From Planctomycetota bacterium (GTDB taxonomy: Bacteria; Planctomycetota; SZUA-567; H5-PLA8), in assembly GCA_038227875.1 (NCBI GenBank), contig JBBRPR010000015.1, forward strand, positions 1 through 64,000: a DNA stretch of 64,000 bases. The letters are read 5' to 3'. The notes beneath the pieces are model-generated. The model was not told where the DNA came from. It saw only the letters and a list, made by a program, of their open reading frames with translations, and did not search any database. How positions within the stretch are numbered: the stretch's first letter is position 1; the number at the start of each line of letters is the position of its first letter. Made by a program: the position numbers and the translations under genes. Below, piece after piece: positions 1 to 9,742 of this stretch.

Positions 1-111
1 GCCACCCGCGGGCTGCTCTTCTACCGGCTTATGCAGCAGGCGGCGTCTACGCCCTCGACATACTACCGGAATCTCCTCGGCGGAACGGAGGCGACAGCTA
101 TGGCAAAGTAG
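1..111 (+). CDS. C-terminal end of IS1595-family (ISXO2-like) transposase, partial (runs off window start)
   Basis: Frame 1 reads ATRGLLFYRLMQQAASTPSTYYRNLLGG...AK*; RGLLFYRLxQQA is the characteristic C-terminal motif of IS1595-family transposases. Confidence 0.75.
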   Translation, partial: ATRGLLFYRLMQQAASTPSTYYRNLLGGTEATAMAK

Positions 112-138
112 GATTACTTGCTCGAAATGGATACCCCC
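1..138 (+). mobile_element. Right end of IS1595-like insertion sequence, terminal inverted repeat ending ...GAAATGGATACCCC
   Basis: Transposase stop at 109-111 followed within ~25 nt by GGATACCCC, as recalled for the ends of this IS group; left end is outside the window, so the TIR pair and TSD cannot be verified. Confidence 0.6.
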
Positions 139-869
139 CTTGGTTCGATAACAGCTCTTCCTCACGTAACCTGCTTGGCTATGTGTGGCGCGGTGGCACT
201 GAAATTCATCTCTGCAAGCTAGCCACTCACATCAGCCTGACCTGCGCTTCTACTCGCTATGCCAGTGGACCCGAAACCTTTGGCGCGTTACGTGGTAGCC
301 AGTGGCCCTTTCTGGCCGTTCGCCGCTACATGCTCTATGATGTACTGCTGCACGAGCTCGGACACTTGCAGATCATCAACCCACGGATGAAAGACCTCCG
401 CCGAAAATTTGCGCGAGAACCGCGCGCCATTGATTTTGCCCATCACTGGCGTGAGACGTTATGGTCGACACCATTCGAACATCACGATCCCGCGCACACA
501 CCCCCACCACCCGAAGAATTCGAGGCGACACGGGCCTACTGGCCGCAAGCACAAGCCGAACACAAGCGTGGTCTGAAGTTCTCGCGCGATCAGAAATTCA
601 AAGAGGCATTCGCTTGCTTCACGCGGGCGGCAGAGGCGTATCCCTATCATTCCATGGCGTTTGAACAATTGGGCATCGCTTACATCACAGGGCGCGGCAC
701 TAATCCATCTGAAGAGCGCGCAATTGAATTCTGCCGGCGCGCGCTGGCGATCGATCCGAACCTCTACTATGCACGGTACATTCTGTATTGGTGGAAAGGC
801 GAGGAACGCCGACGTGCTCGTGCTCGAACAGACAAGGAGACTTACTTTACGGAACCAATTGGGCTTTGA
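139..869 (+). pseudogene. 5'-truncated HExxH (zincin-like) + TPR/Sel1-like protein
   Basis: LLHELGH motif; C-terminal TPR-like helices (AFACFTRAAEAYP, AIEFCRRALAIDPN); frame stays open upstream of GTG183 (WFDNSSSSRNLLGYV) up to the IS end, with no clear RBS/ATG. Confidence 0.55.
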
Positions 870-880
870 TCAGGTGGAGC

Positions 881-1711
881 TCACTTTTCTTCCAGCGTGA
901 GCTCCACTTCGTTCGACGCCACGGTTCCCAGCCAATACGCGGCGTCCGGTTTCGCGGGTTTGTCCTGCTCGGACTTGCGGTCTTCGGGAGTGCATTCGGC
1001 GAAGAAGCGCAGGCGAATCTTGTTCGACTGCTTGTCCTTCAGCGCAAGCACGCTGTTGTTGGAGAGCATCAGGCAGGGCGTGTCCACGGTGGTGCCGAGC
1101 AGCGCGAAGGAATCGGCGTACCTGATTGTTCCTTTAACGCGCGAGCCGGAATGCGGGGCGAGCGTTTTGAAGGTCGGGCCGTCTGCGGCGCCGCGCTCGG
1201 GACCCTGGCCGGTGTAAACGCGACTGGTGATTGTGCGGTTTTTGCCTTCGCCGCTGACGACCACGAGCATATCGGGCGGCTCGGCGGTGACGCCGAAATT
1301 CGGCGACTTCCAGCCCCAGTACATATTCACGTCCTTGTCGCTGGTGTTCCAGAGCGTCAGGTTGAACTTCACGGTTTCGCCCAGCTTGATCGTTTTCTTC
1401 TCCAGTGAAAACGAGACCGCGACGCCGCCGATCGCCGGCCCGACGACGCGCAGCAAGACTGCTTTCGCTTTATCGCGCAGCACGGGGTTGAGTGACGTCT
1501 CGGCCTTGCGCAGCGCGTTGAGCGCCGCTTCGCCCGCGTCGGCCAGATCATCGGCGGCGCGCTTGCTCTCGTCGGCGTTGGTGGACGCCAACTGCGCGAT
1601 CAGTTTTTCGAAATCGACTTTGGCGGCGGGCGCAGGTGTTGCCGGCGCGGGCTCCGCGGCGAACGCCGCACACATTGCGCACGACAGCATCATCAGTGAG
1701 ACACGTTTCAT
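881..1711 (-). CDS. Secreted hypothetical protein (signal peptide, HEAT-like helices, beta-rich C-terminus)
   Basis: ATG1711 with GGAGG RBS; MKRVSLMMLSCAMCAAFAA signal; EKLIAQL...AADDLADAGEAALNAL HEAT-like segment. Confidence 0.7.
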   Translation of the reverse strand: MKRVSLMMLSCAMCAAFAAEPAPATPAPAAKVDFEKLIAQLASTNADESKRAADDLADAGEAALNALRKAETSLNPVLRDKAKAVLLRVVGPAIGGVAVSFSLEKKTIKLGETVKFNLTLWNTSDKDVNMYWGWKSPNFGVTAEPPDMLVVVSGEGKNRTITSRVYTGQGPERGAADGPTFKTLAPHSGSRVKGTIRYADSFALLGTTVDTPCLMLSNNSVLALKDKQSNKIRLRFFAECTPEDRKSEQDKPAKPDAAYWLGTVASNEVELTLEEK

Positions 1712-1831
1712 AAAAATCCTCCACATATAGGTAGACAGAATAGAGTCGAATGAGGAGACGTTAGCGCAACATGAATTCTACAGCATGTGCATGAGCTCCT
1801 GCAAATTTGCCAGGTAGTTAAAACCCAGCAC

Positions 1832-1847
1832 ATGACCAATTGGTCAT
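1832..1847. promoter_or_regulatory. Perfect 16-bp palindrome ATGACCAATTGGTCAT, candidate repressor operator
   Basis: Exact inverted symmetry in a divergent intergenic region 85 bp upstream of the glycoside hydrolase. Confidence 0.5.
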
Positions 1848-1931
1848 AAGGTAGATGGCGAGGACTAGTAACTAAGTGCCGAAGATTTCTGTTCGGCGGC
1901 GACTACTTAAGTAACTCGCATTCGAGGCCGC

Positions 1932-3995
1932 ATGCTTAAAGCTGAAGTCCGTCCACACCGCGGTGCACCGACACTTTTCGTCAACGGCGAACCGCATGCC
2001 GGCGCGATGTACACGACATTGCGCGTGGAATCGGAATTCCTGGATGAGTTCACCGCCGCCGGCGTGCGGCTCTTCGCCATCGATACGACGTGCGGGCAAC
2101 ATTATTACCGCTTCTGCGCGCAGGTCTGGAAGGGGCCGGACCACTTTGACTTTTCCGATCTCGACCGGCGCATCGAGCTGATTCTGATGTCGTGTCCGAC
2201 GGCGCATATCGTGCTGCGCGTCTACATCGGTTCGCCGACGTGGTGGGACGAACTGTATCCCGAAGAATTGATGCGCGACGCCAGTGGACAGCCGGTGCGC
2301 GAGACGCTGAACTTCTCGTTCCTCGGCGGCATCGATCCGGGCCTGGGTCCGGCGAAGGAAACAGTTCCCTCATTTTCGTCGAAGCGCTGGCGTCGCGATG
2401 CGCTCCGCGCTCTTTCGGAGTACATCCGCCATGTCGAGTCACGCTACGGCGATGCGGTGATCGGCTATCTGCTCGAATCCGGCGGCACAGAAGAGTGGTA
2501 TTACTGGAACGTTTTTTCCGGTGGTTCGGCGGACTATTCCCAACCGCAGCGCGAACGTTTTGCGGAGTTCGCCGCGCGCGCGGGCGTCTCTTTGGAGATT
2601 CCGGCGCTGGCGGCCCGGCGGTCGACCACGACGGGCGGATTCTTCCGCGACCCGAAAGTCGAGCGCGCGGCCATCGCTTACGGAGAATTCCACAACGCGA
2701 TTGTCGCCGAGATGCTGCTGGAATGTGCGCGGACCGTGAAAGCGGAGACCGGCGGCCGGAAGCTCTGTGGCGCATTTTACGGTTACGCATTCGACCTGTC
2801 GCGCGCGCCGCATGTCTGGCCGGAGAGCGGGCATCTGGCGTTGAGCACCGTGCTGAAAGCGCCGGAGATCGATTTTCTCGTTGGGCCGTCGTCGTATCTT
2901 GACCGGCGTCCGGGCGATGGTGTCGCGTTGCTGGGCGGACCGGCGGCGTCGGTGGCGCTGCACGGAAAAATCTGGTGGAACGAGAACGATCAGTACACGC
3001 ATCTCACACCGCAGACCGGCAGCACGTTTTATGTGCGCGCAGCGAACAAGAGCGAATCGATCCAGATGCACCGTCGCGAAATTGCGGCGTCGATCTGTCA
3101 GGGCGTGCCGCAATGGTGGTTCGACATGCACGGCGGCTGGTTCAGCAGTCCGACGCTCCTCAAGGAGATTGCGCGCGAACGGGCGCTGCTCGAAGCTGCC
3201 GTCAATAGCGATCGCACGCCAACCGCGCAGGTTGCGCTGGTGATCGACTACCGCAGCCCGCTCTATACCGAGTCGGACAATCGGCTCTACCAGTCGCTGA
3301 TCCGCGATCTAGCCGCGCAGCTCGCGAAAACCGGCGCGCCGTTCGATGTACTGTTGCTCGAGGATCTCGCCGCTGCACGTGGATACGAGTTCTACATCTT
3401 TCCGAATGCGTTCTGCCTCAACGCGGATCAACGAACGATGATTCGCGATGTCATCGCGGGCCGCACAACATTGTGGATGTACGGTCCAGGTTATCTGGAT
3501 GAACATCACTGCGCGGGAGCTACGGGAATTGCAGAATTGACGGGATTTGACGTGAAGCATCGCGCCGAATCGAAAAAGCTCTTCGCGCGATCCCGTGAGG
3601 GTATTGCATACGGTCCAGGCTTGGAGCTTACGCCGCAGTTCACCGCAACAGGCAATGCCGACGAAGTCCTGGCCGTCTACGTCGATTCGCTGGAACCTGC
3701 GCTGCTGAGGCGCGGCCATGCAATCTTCGCTCCAGTGCCCGGGCTGCCAGCGTCGCAGCTTCGCCGATTGATCCGCGAGGCCGGCGTCTCGATTTTTTCC
3801 AATGGCCCCGATCAGGCTTGGGCGTGCGCCGATTGGTTCGCCATTTCGCTTGGCGCCGTCGGACCGCGAACACTTTCCGTCTCAGCAGACTCGATCTGGA
3901 CCGAAGCCTTCTCACAAAAACAATTCACCGCCAACGCGCGCGGTGAATTTCAAATCGAAGGAAAATTCGGAGATGTACTTCTGTTCCGGAAGTAA
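1932..3995 (+). CDS. Glycoside hydrolase, beta-galactosidase (GH42-like) TIM barrel + trimerisation-like domain
   Basis: 687-aa ORF; WKGPDHFDFSDLD, PTWW, GGTEEWYYW, WWNEND, AQVALVID...GAPFDV motifs; no signal peptide. Confidence 0.7.
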   Translation: MLKAEVRPHRGAPTLFVNGEPHAGAMYTTLRVESEFLDEFTAAGVRLFAIDTTCGQHYYRFCAQVWKGPDHFDFSDLDRRIELILMSCPTAHIVLRVYIGSPTWWDELYPEELMRDASGQPVRETLNFSFLGGIDPGLGPAKETVPSFSSKRWRRDALRALSEYIRHVESRYGDAVIGYLLESGGTEEWYYWNVFSGGSADYSQPQRERFAEFAARAGVSLEIPALAARRSTTTGGFFRDPKVERAAIAYGEFHNAIVAEMLLECARTVKAETGGRKLCGAFYGYAFDLSRAPHVWPESGHLALSTVLKAPEIDFLVGPSSYLDRRPGDGVALLGGPAASVALHGKIWWNENDQYTHLTPQTGSTFYVRAANKSESIQMHRREIAASICQGVPQWWFDMHGGWFSSPTLLKEIARERALLEAAVNSDRTPTAQVALVIDYRSPLYTESDNRLYQSLIRDLAAQLAKTGAPFDVLLLEDLAAARGYEFYIFPNAFCLNADQRTMIRDVIAGRTTLWMYGPGYLDEHHCAGATGIAELTGFDVKHRAESKKLFARSREGIAYGPGLELTPQFTATGNADEVLAVYVDSLEPALLRRGHAIFAPVPGLPASQLRRLIREAGVSIFSNGPDQAWACADWFAISLGAVGPRTLSVSADSIWTEAFSQKQFTANARGEFQIEGKFGDVLLFRK

Positions 3996-4057
3996 GTCGA
4001 AGCATAGGGATCGTTGCCGCCCGACAGGACTCAAGAGCAAAGAGCCATGAGCCGTCC

Positions 4058-6034
4058 CTACTTCTCGCCGATGCAATAGAGCTCATCGCCGACGCGCCAG
4101 TAGATCCGCCCGCCGTCGAAGACCGGCGTGCTGTTGGTCGACGCCATCGTTGGGAAATTCGCGTGGCCGTCCCAGCCGTTGATTTGCTGGCGGTGGAGTA
4201 CGTTGCGGCCGAGCTGTTTGAATTCCGGTCCGGGCTGCAGAATCACGGTGTCGCCGGAGTCGTCCATCACGAAGATGTTCTTCCCCGCCAGCGACGGGCT
4301 GGCCGTGATTCCCGCGCGGCCGTCCCAGCAGGCGCGCAGGTCGAGCTGCCGCCAGTACGCGACCTTCTTCGCCTTCACGTCGAAGACCACCAGCGTGCCG
4401 CCCATCGTCACGAGGTAAACGTAGCCATCATGATAGACCGGCGAAGCGATCGCGCCGTCGGCGTACAAGCCGCCGCACATTGCCGCTTCGGCGAAGCCGA
4501 TCTTGGAATACGCGGGTTTGCCGGCCTTCAGCGCGGCGAGATCAACGAGGAACAAATTCGTGCCGATGTTGAAGCACGCTGTAAATTCATCGATCGCGAT
4601 CGGCGATGGGCAGGTGTTGATCGCTTTATCTTTGCTGCCCTTGTCGTTCATGAACATGGTGCCGTCTTTGGTGGTGTGGAAGATGCCGTCCTGTTCCATC
4701 ACGATGCTCTCGTCACCCACGTTGGCGCGGACCAGCGAGCCATAGGAGAAATTGGCCGGAACCTGCCACGCCACGTCACCGGTCTTCAGGTCGAAGCCGA
4801 AGACCTGGTACTGCTTGGTGACGAATTTTCCGCCCGCGATCACCGGCGACGAGGCGAAGCCGTGGTGCGTATCGCCGGCGAAGTCGACGCTCTTGATCCA
4901 CTGCTTCTTGCCCTGCAGATCGAAGCAACCCGCGAAGGCCTGCTGCGTCCATGCGTAGACATTCTTGCCATCGCTGCACGGCGTCGTCGCCCAACCGGGT
5001 TCGCCCTGTTGCCACGCGCCTTTCAGCAGGCGCTGGCGCTTTTCGTCGATGGTGTCCTGGACGGGCGTTGGCCCCCAGAGCAATTTTCCGTCCTGTTTAT
5101 TCAATGCCGCAACCCACGCGTCGCCGGTGACGAAGATTTTGTCTCCAACGATGATCGGCGACATCACGCTCGGTCCGGGCAGCTTGGTGGTCCACTGAAT
5201 GTTCTTCTCTTCGTACTGCCACGGCGTCGGCGGGAGCTGGCGGACCCAGGCGCTGAACGACCACGTTTCGTTGTAGCCGAAAGTTTTGAGCAGGATGTGA
5301 TTCCAGCCCTTCTTCGCGCTCAGGCGCTGCAGGCCGGGCTTGTCCGTGTAGTCCTTGTCGCGATTGGCAACCATCGTTCCATTGACCCAGAGCTGCGCGG
5401 GCCAGTTGCAGGTCAGGTACATGCCGATCTCGCCGCCGGTTTCGGAATAAAGGTACGTGTGCGCGTAAACAATGTGCTTCTCTTTGGCGTTCCAGATGGT
5501 TTCGCCGGCAACATGCTGCGGCGGCAGACCGAAGACCGCGGCCAGGTTGCAGGCGTGCTCCGACATTTTCAGTTTCTTCCAGACCTTGTCGCCAAGCTTC
5601 TCCCCGTCGTCGGGTTCCAGCGCGGCTTCCGTGGTGATTTTGGTGTCGTTGATCCACGGCCCGGCGGCCAGCCAATCGGTCAGCGCGATATCAGTGTTGT
5701 AAGTCAGCGTCTTGGGCACGTCCGTAGCAGCGGGCTTCTTTGATTGCGTCGCGAGACCCGGCGCATTCTTCAAGCGTCGATACCATTCGAGCGGCGGCGT
5801 CGCGCCGGGATAGCGGCCGGTGCCATCTCCGCGCCAGCCGACAGGATGTTCCGGTGACGGCACGAAATCCGGCGCGCCCAGTTCTGCTGTGGCGCCGCGC
5901 TTCCCGCCTCCGCTCATTTCCTTCGCCGGAGTTTTCGCGTCGGCGACGGTCTTGATGCTCTCGGCGGTGCGACCGTTGAGGCAGACGACGCCAACGATCA
6001 GTACGAGGACTGCAATCACGCGATGAATTCTCAT
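4058..6034 (-). CDS. Secreted PQQ-like (BamB-type) beta-propeller protein with inserted beta-sandwich domain
   Basis: Signal peptide; GWRGDGTG, SPIIVGDKIFV, ASSPVIAGG, STPVFDGGRIYWRVGDELYCIG propeller motifs; AAGGAG RBS. Confidence 0.8.
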   Translation of the reverse strand: MRIHRVIAVLVLIVGVVCLNGRTAESIKTVADAKTPAKEMSGGGKRGATAELGAPDFVPSPEHPVGWRGDGTGRYPGATPPLEWYRRLKNAPGLATQSKKPAATDVPKTLTYNTDIALTDWLAAGPWINDTKITTEAALEPDDGEKLGDKVWKKLKMSEHACNLAAVFGLPPQHVAGETIWNAKEKHIVYAHTYLYSETGGEIGMYLTCNWPAQLWVNGTMVANRDKDYTDKPGLQRLSAKKGWNHILLKTFGYNETWSFSAWVRQLPPTPWQYEEKNIQWTTKLPGPSVMSPIIVGDKIFVTGDAWVAALNKQDGKLLWGPTPVQDTIDEKRQRLLKGAWQQGEPGWATTPCSDGKNVYAWTQQAFAGCFDLQGKKQWIKSVDFAGDTHHGFASSPVIAGGKFVTKQYQVFGFDLKTGDVAWQVPANFSYGSLVRANVGDESIVMEQDGIFHTTKDGTMFMNDKGSKDKAINTCPSPIAIDEFTACFNIGTNLFLVDLAALKAGKPAYSKIGFAEAAMCGGLYADGAIASPVYHDGYVYLVTMGGTLVVFDVKAKKVAYWRQLDLRACWDGRAGITASPSLAGKNIFVMDDSGDTVILQPGPEFKQLGRNVLHRQQINGWDGHANFPTMASTNSTPVFDGGRIYWRVGDELYCIGEK

Positions 6035-6066
6035 CGTTCTGCGCTCCTTAAAAAGTGGGTCCGCGG

Positions 6067-7866
6067 TTACTGCTTTTCCGCCGGAGTCGTGCCGAGATCG
6101 AAAGTCGTCAGCGCAGAGCCGTTGACGACGAAAAGTGTGGAACCGTCTACGACAAGGCTCCGCGTGTTGCTGGATCCCAGATCGATCGTGTGCAAAAAAA
6201 CAGGCGACGAAGGACTGGCGAGATCGAACGTCTGCAACTGGTCGTTGCCGCTCGTAGGCCGGTCGGCCACCCAGAGCAGCCGGCCACTCGACACGCTCGC
6301 GCGGGGTCCGTTAAAGCCGGGGCCGACTCCGTTGATCAAGGTGGGCGTAGCGGGCTTCGAAAGATCGACGACGATCAGTTTGTGATTGCCGCTGGGCCAG
6401 TAACCGTAATTTCCGCAGGGCAGGAAGTGATTGGGATACTGCCAGCCCGTAGACGAGCCAGCGAGAGACGGCTTGCCGTCATCCGCGAGCTCAAAAACCG
6501 CGAGATAGCCGGCATTGCTCTTCAATCCGGAGACGTAAACGAAGTTGCCCTGCACCCGCAGCGACGTGACGGGACTATCGATGCGTGCAGAGCCGACTGC
6601 TTTCGGCGCCGAGCGGTCGGCAAGGTCGTAGACACCAAGCTCCGCGCCATCGTCCTGGAGCACCAGCGCGCGGTTGCCCTGCACGGCAAGCGCGAGCGGT
6701 GCGCCGCTGGAAAGTGCCATCGAACTGACGCTGACCGGCGCATCGGGATTGGCGACATCGAGGACTTCCAGGCGCCCACCGTTGCCACGTTCTGTAACGT
6801 AGATGAAGCGGTTTTCGATTTGAATGGCGTTGGGTTCGGCAAATTTCGTCGCGAGTATGGCTCGAATGCGCGGCGATTTCGGATCGGCGACATCAATCGC
6901 GTAGATTTTATTTTCCGTCGCGGAGATGCAAAACGCGACGTGGTTCTGGATCACCAGGCCATTCGCGGCGAGGGGAAGCGAGGCGAGCTTCACCGGCTGC
7001 GGAACGGCGGAATTCGTCGCGATTGGTAGCGTCGACTTCTGATTTTGATGCGTGAACCAGAGCACACCACCACCGGCCGCAAGAATCGTGAGACTCGCCG
7101 CACCGAAGACCAGCGCGGTTTTCGAGAGTGCGGCTTTGGCGAAGTGCGGCGCCGCAGTTGTCGCCAGCGAGGGCAACGGCGTCTGTGCGACGAGCGTGGA
7201 GATAACCTGCGCGAGGGCGGGCGGCGGCGCTTCGAGCGCGATCGTGGCGAGCATTGTTGGCAGGACCATGCCAGCCGTCGTGATTCCCGCAAGCGTCAGC
7301 GAACGCTGCAACTGCGCGATTCCGCGCTCGATCTGGCTGTAAACGGTTTTCTCGTTGACCAAGAGTGTCATGGCGACTTCCTTCGTCGACATGCCTTCCA
7401 TGTAGCGCAGATAAATGGGCAGGCGGTAGTGGTCAGGAAGTTGCGCGAGGTGTTCGCGGACGACGGCGTGTTCGGCGGATTTGTCGGACGCGGTTTCGAT
7501 CGGGCGCTGCGCCAGCGCTGTCTGCTCGCGCTGCTTGCGGCGGGACTCTTCTCGAAGTCGCGAGATGCTTTTGTTGGCGATCATCTGCAGGATCCAGGTT
7601 TTGACCGAGGCGTCACCGCGGTACGACGGCGCGGTACGCAGGACATCGAGAAACACGTTTTGTACAATCTCTTCGGCGTCGGCTGGATTTTTGGCGATGT
7701 ACTTCGCCAGCCGATACGCCGCGGCGGTGTGGCGGCGGAAGAGCGCATCCATGGCGGCGCGGTCGCCGGAAGCGGCGTACCGTTTCAAGAGCGCCGCGTC
7801 GTCTTCGGCGTTCAGCGCATCCACCATAGGTGTCGGTGTCGGCATCGGTTCACTGCCAGCCTGCAT
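6067..7866 (-). CDS. ECF sigma-70 factor fused via TM helix to LVIVD-repeat beta-propeller
   Basis: DAALL..GDRAAMDALFRRH, DAEEIVQNVF, VKTWI (sigma2); LPDHYRLPIYLRYMEGMSTKEVA (sigma4); TM ALVFGAASLTILAAGGGVLWF; repeats IYAIDVADP/LEVLDVANP/LIVVDLSKP; start codon uncertain. Confidence 0.85.
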   Translation of the reverse strand: MQAGSEPMPTPTPMVDALNAEDDAALLKRYAASGDRAAMDALFRRHTAAAYRLAKYIAKNPADAEEIVQNVFLDVLRTAPSYRGDASVKTWILQMIANKSISRLREESRRKQREQTALAQRPIETASDKSAEHAVVREHLAQLPDHYRLPIYLRYMEGMSTKEVAMTLLVNEKTVYSQIERGIAQLQRSLTLAGITTAGMVLPTMLATIALEAPPPALAQVISTLVAQTPLPSLATTAAPHFAKAALSKTALVFGAASLTILAAGGGVLWFTHQNQKSTLPIATNSAVPQPVKLASLPLAANGLVIQNHVAFCISATENKIYAIDVADPKSPRIRAILATKFAEPNAIQIENRFIYVTERGNGGRLEVLDVANPDAPVSVSSMALSSGAPLALAVQGNRALVLQDDGAELGVYDLADRSAPKAVGSARIDSPVTSLRVQGNFVYVSGLKSNAGYLAVFELADDGKPSLAGSSTGWQYPNHFLPCGNYGYWPSGNHKLIVVDLSKPATPTLINGVGPGFNGPRASVSSGRLLWVADRPTSGNDQLQTFDLASPSSPVFLHTIDLGSSNTRSLVVDGSTLFVVNGSALTTFDLGTTPAEKQ

Positions 7867-8111
7867 CTCCGCATCCTTCAAAGTGCTGCTTCCGAAAGGT
7901 TGGGCTCCACCACGCGTGGAAATTCTGCAACAATATCGAACTATTTTTAAAATTGTGGAACGGTGGATTATAGCTGAGAGAAGCATCGATTTTTCATAGG
8001 AAGCGGAAGGAAATGTGCACGTGAGCAGGGGCGGCTCTTAGCTCTCAGACCTTGCGGTTATTCGTGAATCTCTCAGGAGAACAATTTTCCCGACAGAGCT
8101 AAGAGCCAAAC

Positions 8112-9542
8112 TCACCGCGGAAATTGCAGCGTCACGTCCCAGTATTCGTATTTCGGGAAAAAGAGGCGGCTGAGGTGTGCGCTTTTGCCGTCGCGGCTCC
8201 AGTCGGCACACGCGGCGATGCCGCCTTTGTCGGAGAAGCCGAGTTGCCCGCGTTCGCAGAAATGGGTGAGCTGCGTCAGGCCGGTGCCGTCTTTGTTGCT
8301 AAGCATGAATTCGGTTTTGATCGAGAGCACTTTCGACGAATCCGGATTGGCGCGGTAGGGATAGGCGCTCATGAAGATGATCTTTTCGCCGTCCGGTGAG
8401 AAGCAGCCATGCTCGTCCCAGACGGTCGGCGAGTTGGTCAGGTTTTTCAGCGCGCCGGTGTTGATGTTAAGTATGTACTGATCCTGCCCCTGCGCGTCTT
8501 TTTCGGTCGAACCGCTGAGCAGCACCGATTCGTTGTCGGGACTGAAGTTTCCGGGCTCGTTCCAGTACATTCCTTTGGGCGTGATGTTTTTTGGATTCAC
8601 GAACTTCGGTACGCCGTCGCGGTCGTCGAAGTCAGCGAGGATCAGGTCCCATTTTCCAAACGGATAGTACGCAAAAATGTTTCCGTCGACGACCTGTGAC
8701 CAGACGGCGCGTTTGCCGTCGGGCGTGAGCGCCGGGCCGGTATAGCCGTCGGCGTGTCCGCCGCCGCCGGATTTGAAATCGGTCAGCCGGTGCCACTGAC
8801 GGCCGTCTGGCGAGACGGCATACATGTTGGTCCAGATGCCGCACTGCAGTTGGCCTTCCACGAAATCCCGATTGGAGCCGAGAATCGGCGGCGTCGTATA
8901 CTCGTCGCGTTCGACCGCTAGAAAAATCCATTTTCCGGACGGATGCCAGTGCGGCTGCATTTTCATGCGGTCGGGTTTCGGTCCGCCGGGCTGCTGCGTG
9001 TTGGTGATGCAGACCATCGCATCGGAGCCGGCCTTGCCGAGATAAATCTGTGCGATGCCCTTTTCATCGTCTTTGTTGACGAGATAGAGACTGCCATCCG
9101 GCGACGGAACCCGCAGTCCCTGCATCTCGCTCTTTTTCAAATTCACAACCACGCCGGCCGGCTTTTCGTTTTGTGCAGCAGCCGGCGCTCTTTCAGTTTC
9201 GACCGGAGCCGGCGCGGCGGGCTTTTCGTTCATCACTCCGTGGCCGGATAGTGCGGACCAGTTAATGTTGAGGTGCGCGAGTTCATCGGCCCGCGTCAGC
9301 AGCGCGATCGCGCCGGTGGAGTCGCCCTTGCGGGTGCGTTCGATGGCGTCAGCGCGGAGGCGTTCGATCAACGTTTTCCGCGCGGCCTGTTCGCGCGATT
9401 CAAAATCCTTCTGCGCTTTTTTGACCTCGTCGTCGTAATTCTTCTCGGCCAGTTCGGCGCCGTCCGCTGCAAGAGCCGGGCGCAATGCCGTAGTCAGTAC
9501 CACACAGAAGCACACGATCTTCACCGTTCCCAGCCAGCTCAT
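8112..9542 (-). CDS. Secreted protein, N-terminal coiled coil + TolB-like (PD40) beta-propeller
   Basis: Signal peptide MSWLGTVKIVCFCVVLTTALRPALA; repeated PSPDG/WHPSG/FSPDG/WSRDG motifs. Confidence 0.75.
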   Translation of the reverse strand: MSWLGTVKIVCFCVVLTTALRPALAADGAELAEKNYDDEVKKAQKDFESREQAARKTLIERLRADAIERTRKGDSTGAIALLTRADELAHLNINWSALSGHGVMNEKPAAPAPVETERAPAAAQNEKPAGVVVNLKKSEMQGLRVPSPDGSLYLVNKDDEKGIAQIYLGKAGSDAMVCITNTQQPGGPKPDRMKMQPHWHPSGKWIFLAVERDEYTTPPILGSNRDFVEGQLQCGIWTNMYAVSPDGRQWHRLTDFKSGGGGHADGYTGPALTPDGKRAVWSQVVDGNIFAYYPFGKWDLILADFDDRDGVPKFVNPKNITPKGMYWNEPGNFSPDNESVLLSGSTEKDAQGQDQYILNINTGALKNLTNSPTVWDEHGCFSPDGEKIIFMSAYPYRANPDSSKVLSIKTEFMLSNKDGTGLTQLTHFCERGQLGFSDKGGIAACADWSRDGKSAHLSRLFFPKYEYWDVTLQFPR

Positions 9543-9684
9543 AGCGCAGTCCCCGTTTCGAAATTCCACAGCCTTGTACGATTCCGCCACACGTACGGGT
9601 GTGAAAGGTATTGAACCTCCACACCTTACACGCAAGTGTTGGAATTGATGCGATGGGCGTGCCAAAGCACGCATGAAACAGAGC

Positions 9685-9712
9685 GACCCTGGAGACAATT
9701 GTCTCCAGGGTC
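9685..9712. terminator. Perfect 28-bp palindrome GACCCTGGAGACAATTGTCTCCAGGGTC (terminator- or REP-like hairpin)
   Basis: Exact palindrome 30 bp downstream of the sulfatase operon; no clear U-tract. Confidence 0.4.
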
Positions 9713-9742
9713 CTGGGTCACGGTCGCGTATTTGGTCAGGAG

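Noticed and set aside
4163..5743. Long antisense ORF (526 aa), and similar ones at 9770-11260, 17522-18640, 28363-29598, 42200-43429 and 45447-46589
   Set aside because: Mirror frames of well-supported genes, expected in high-GC DNA; no motifs
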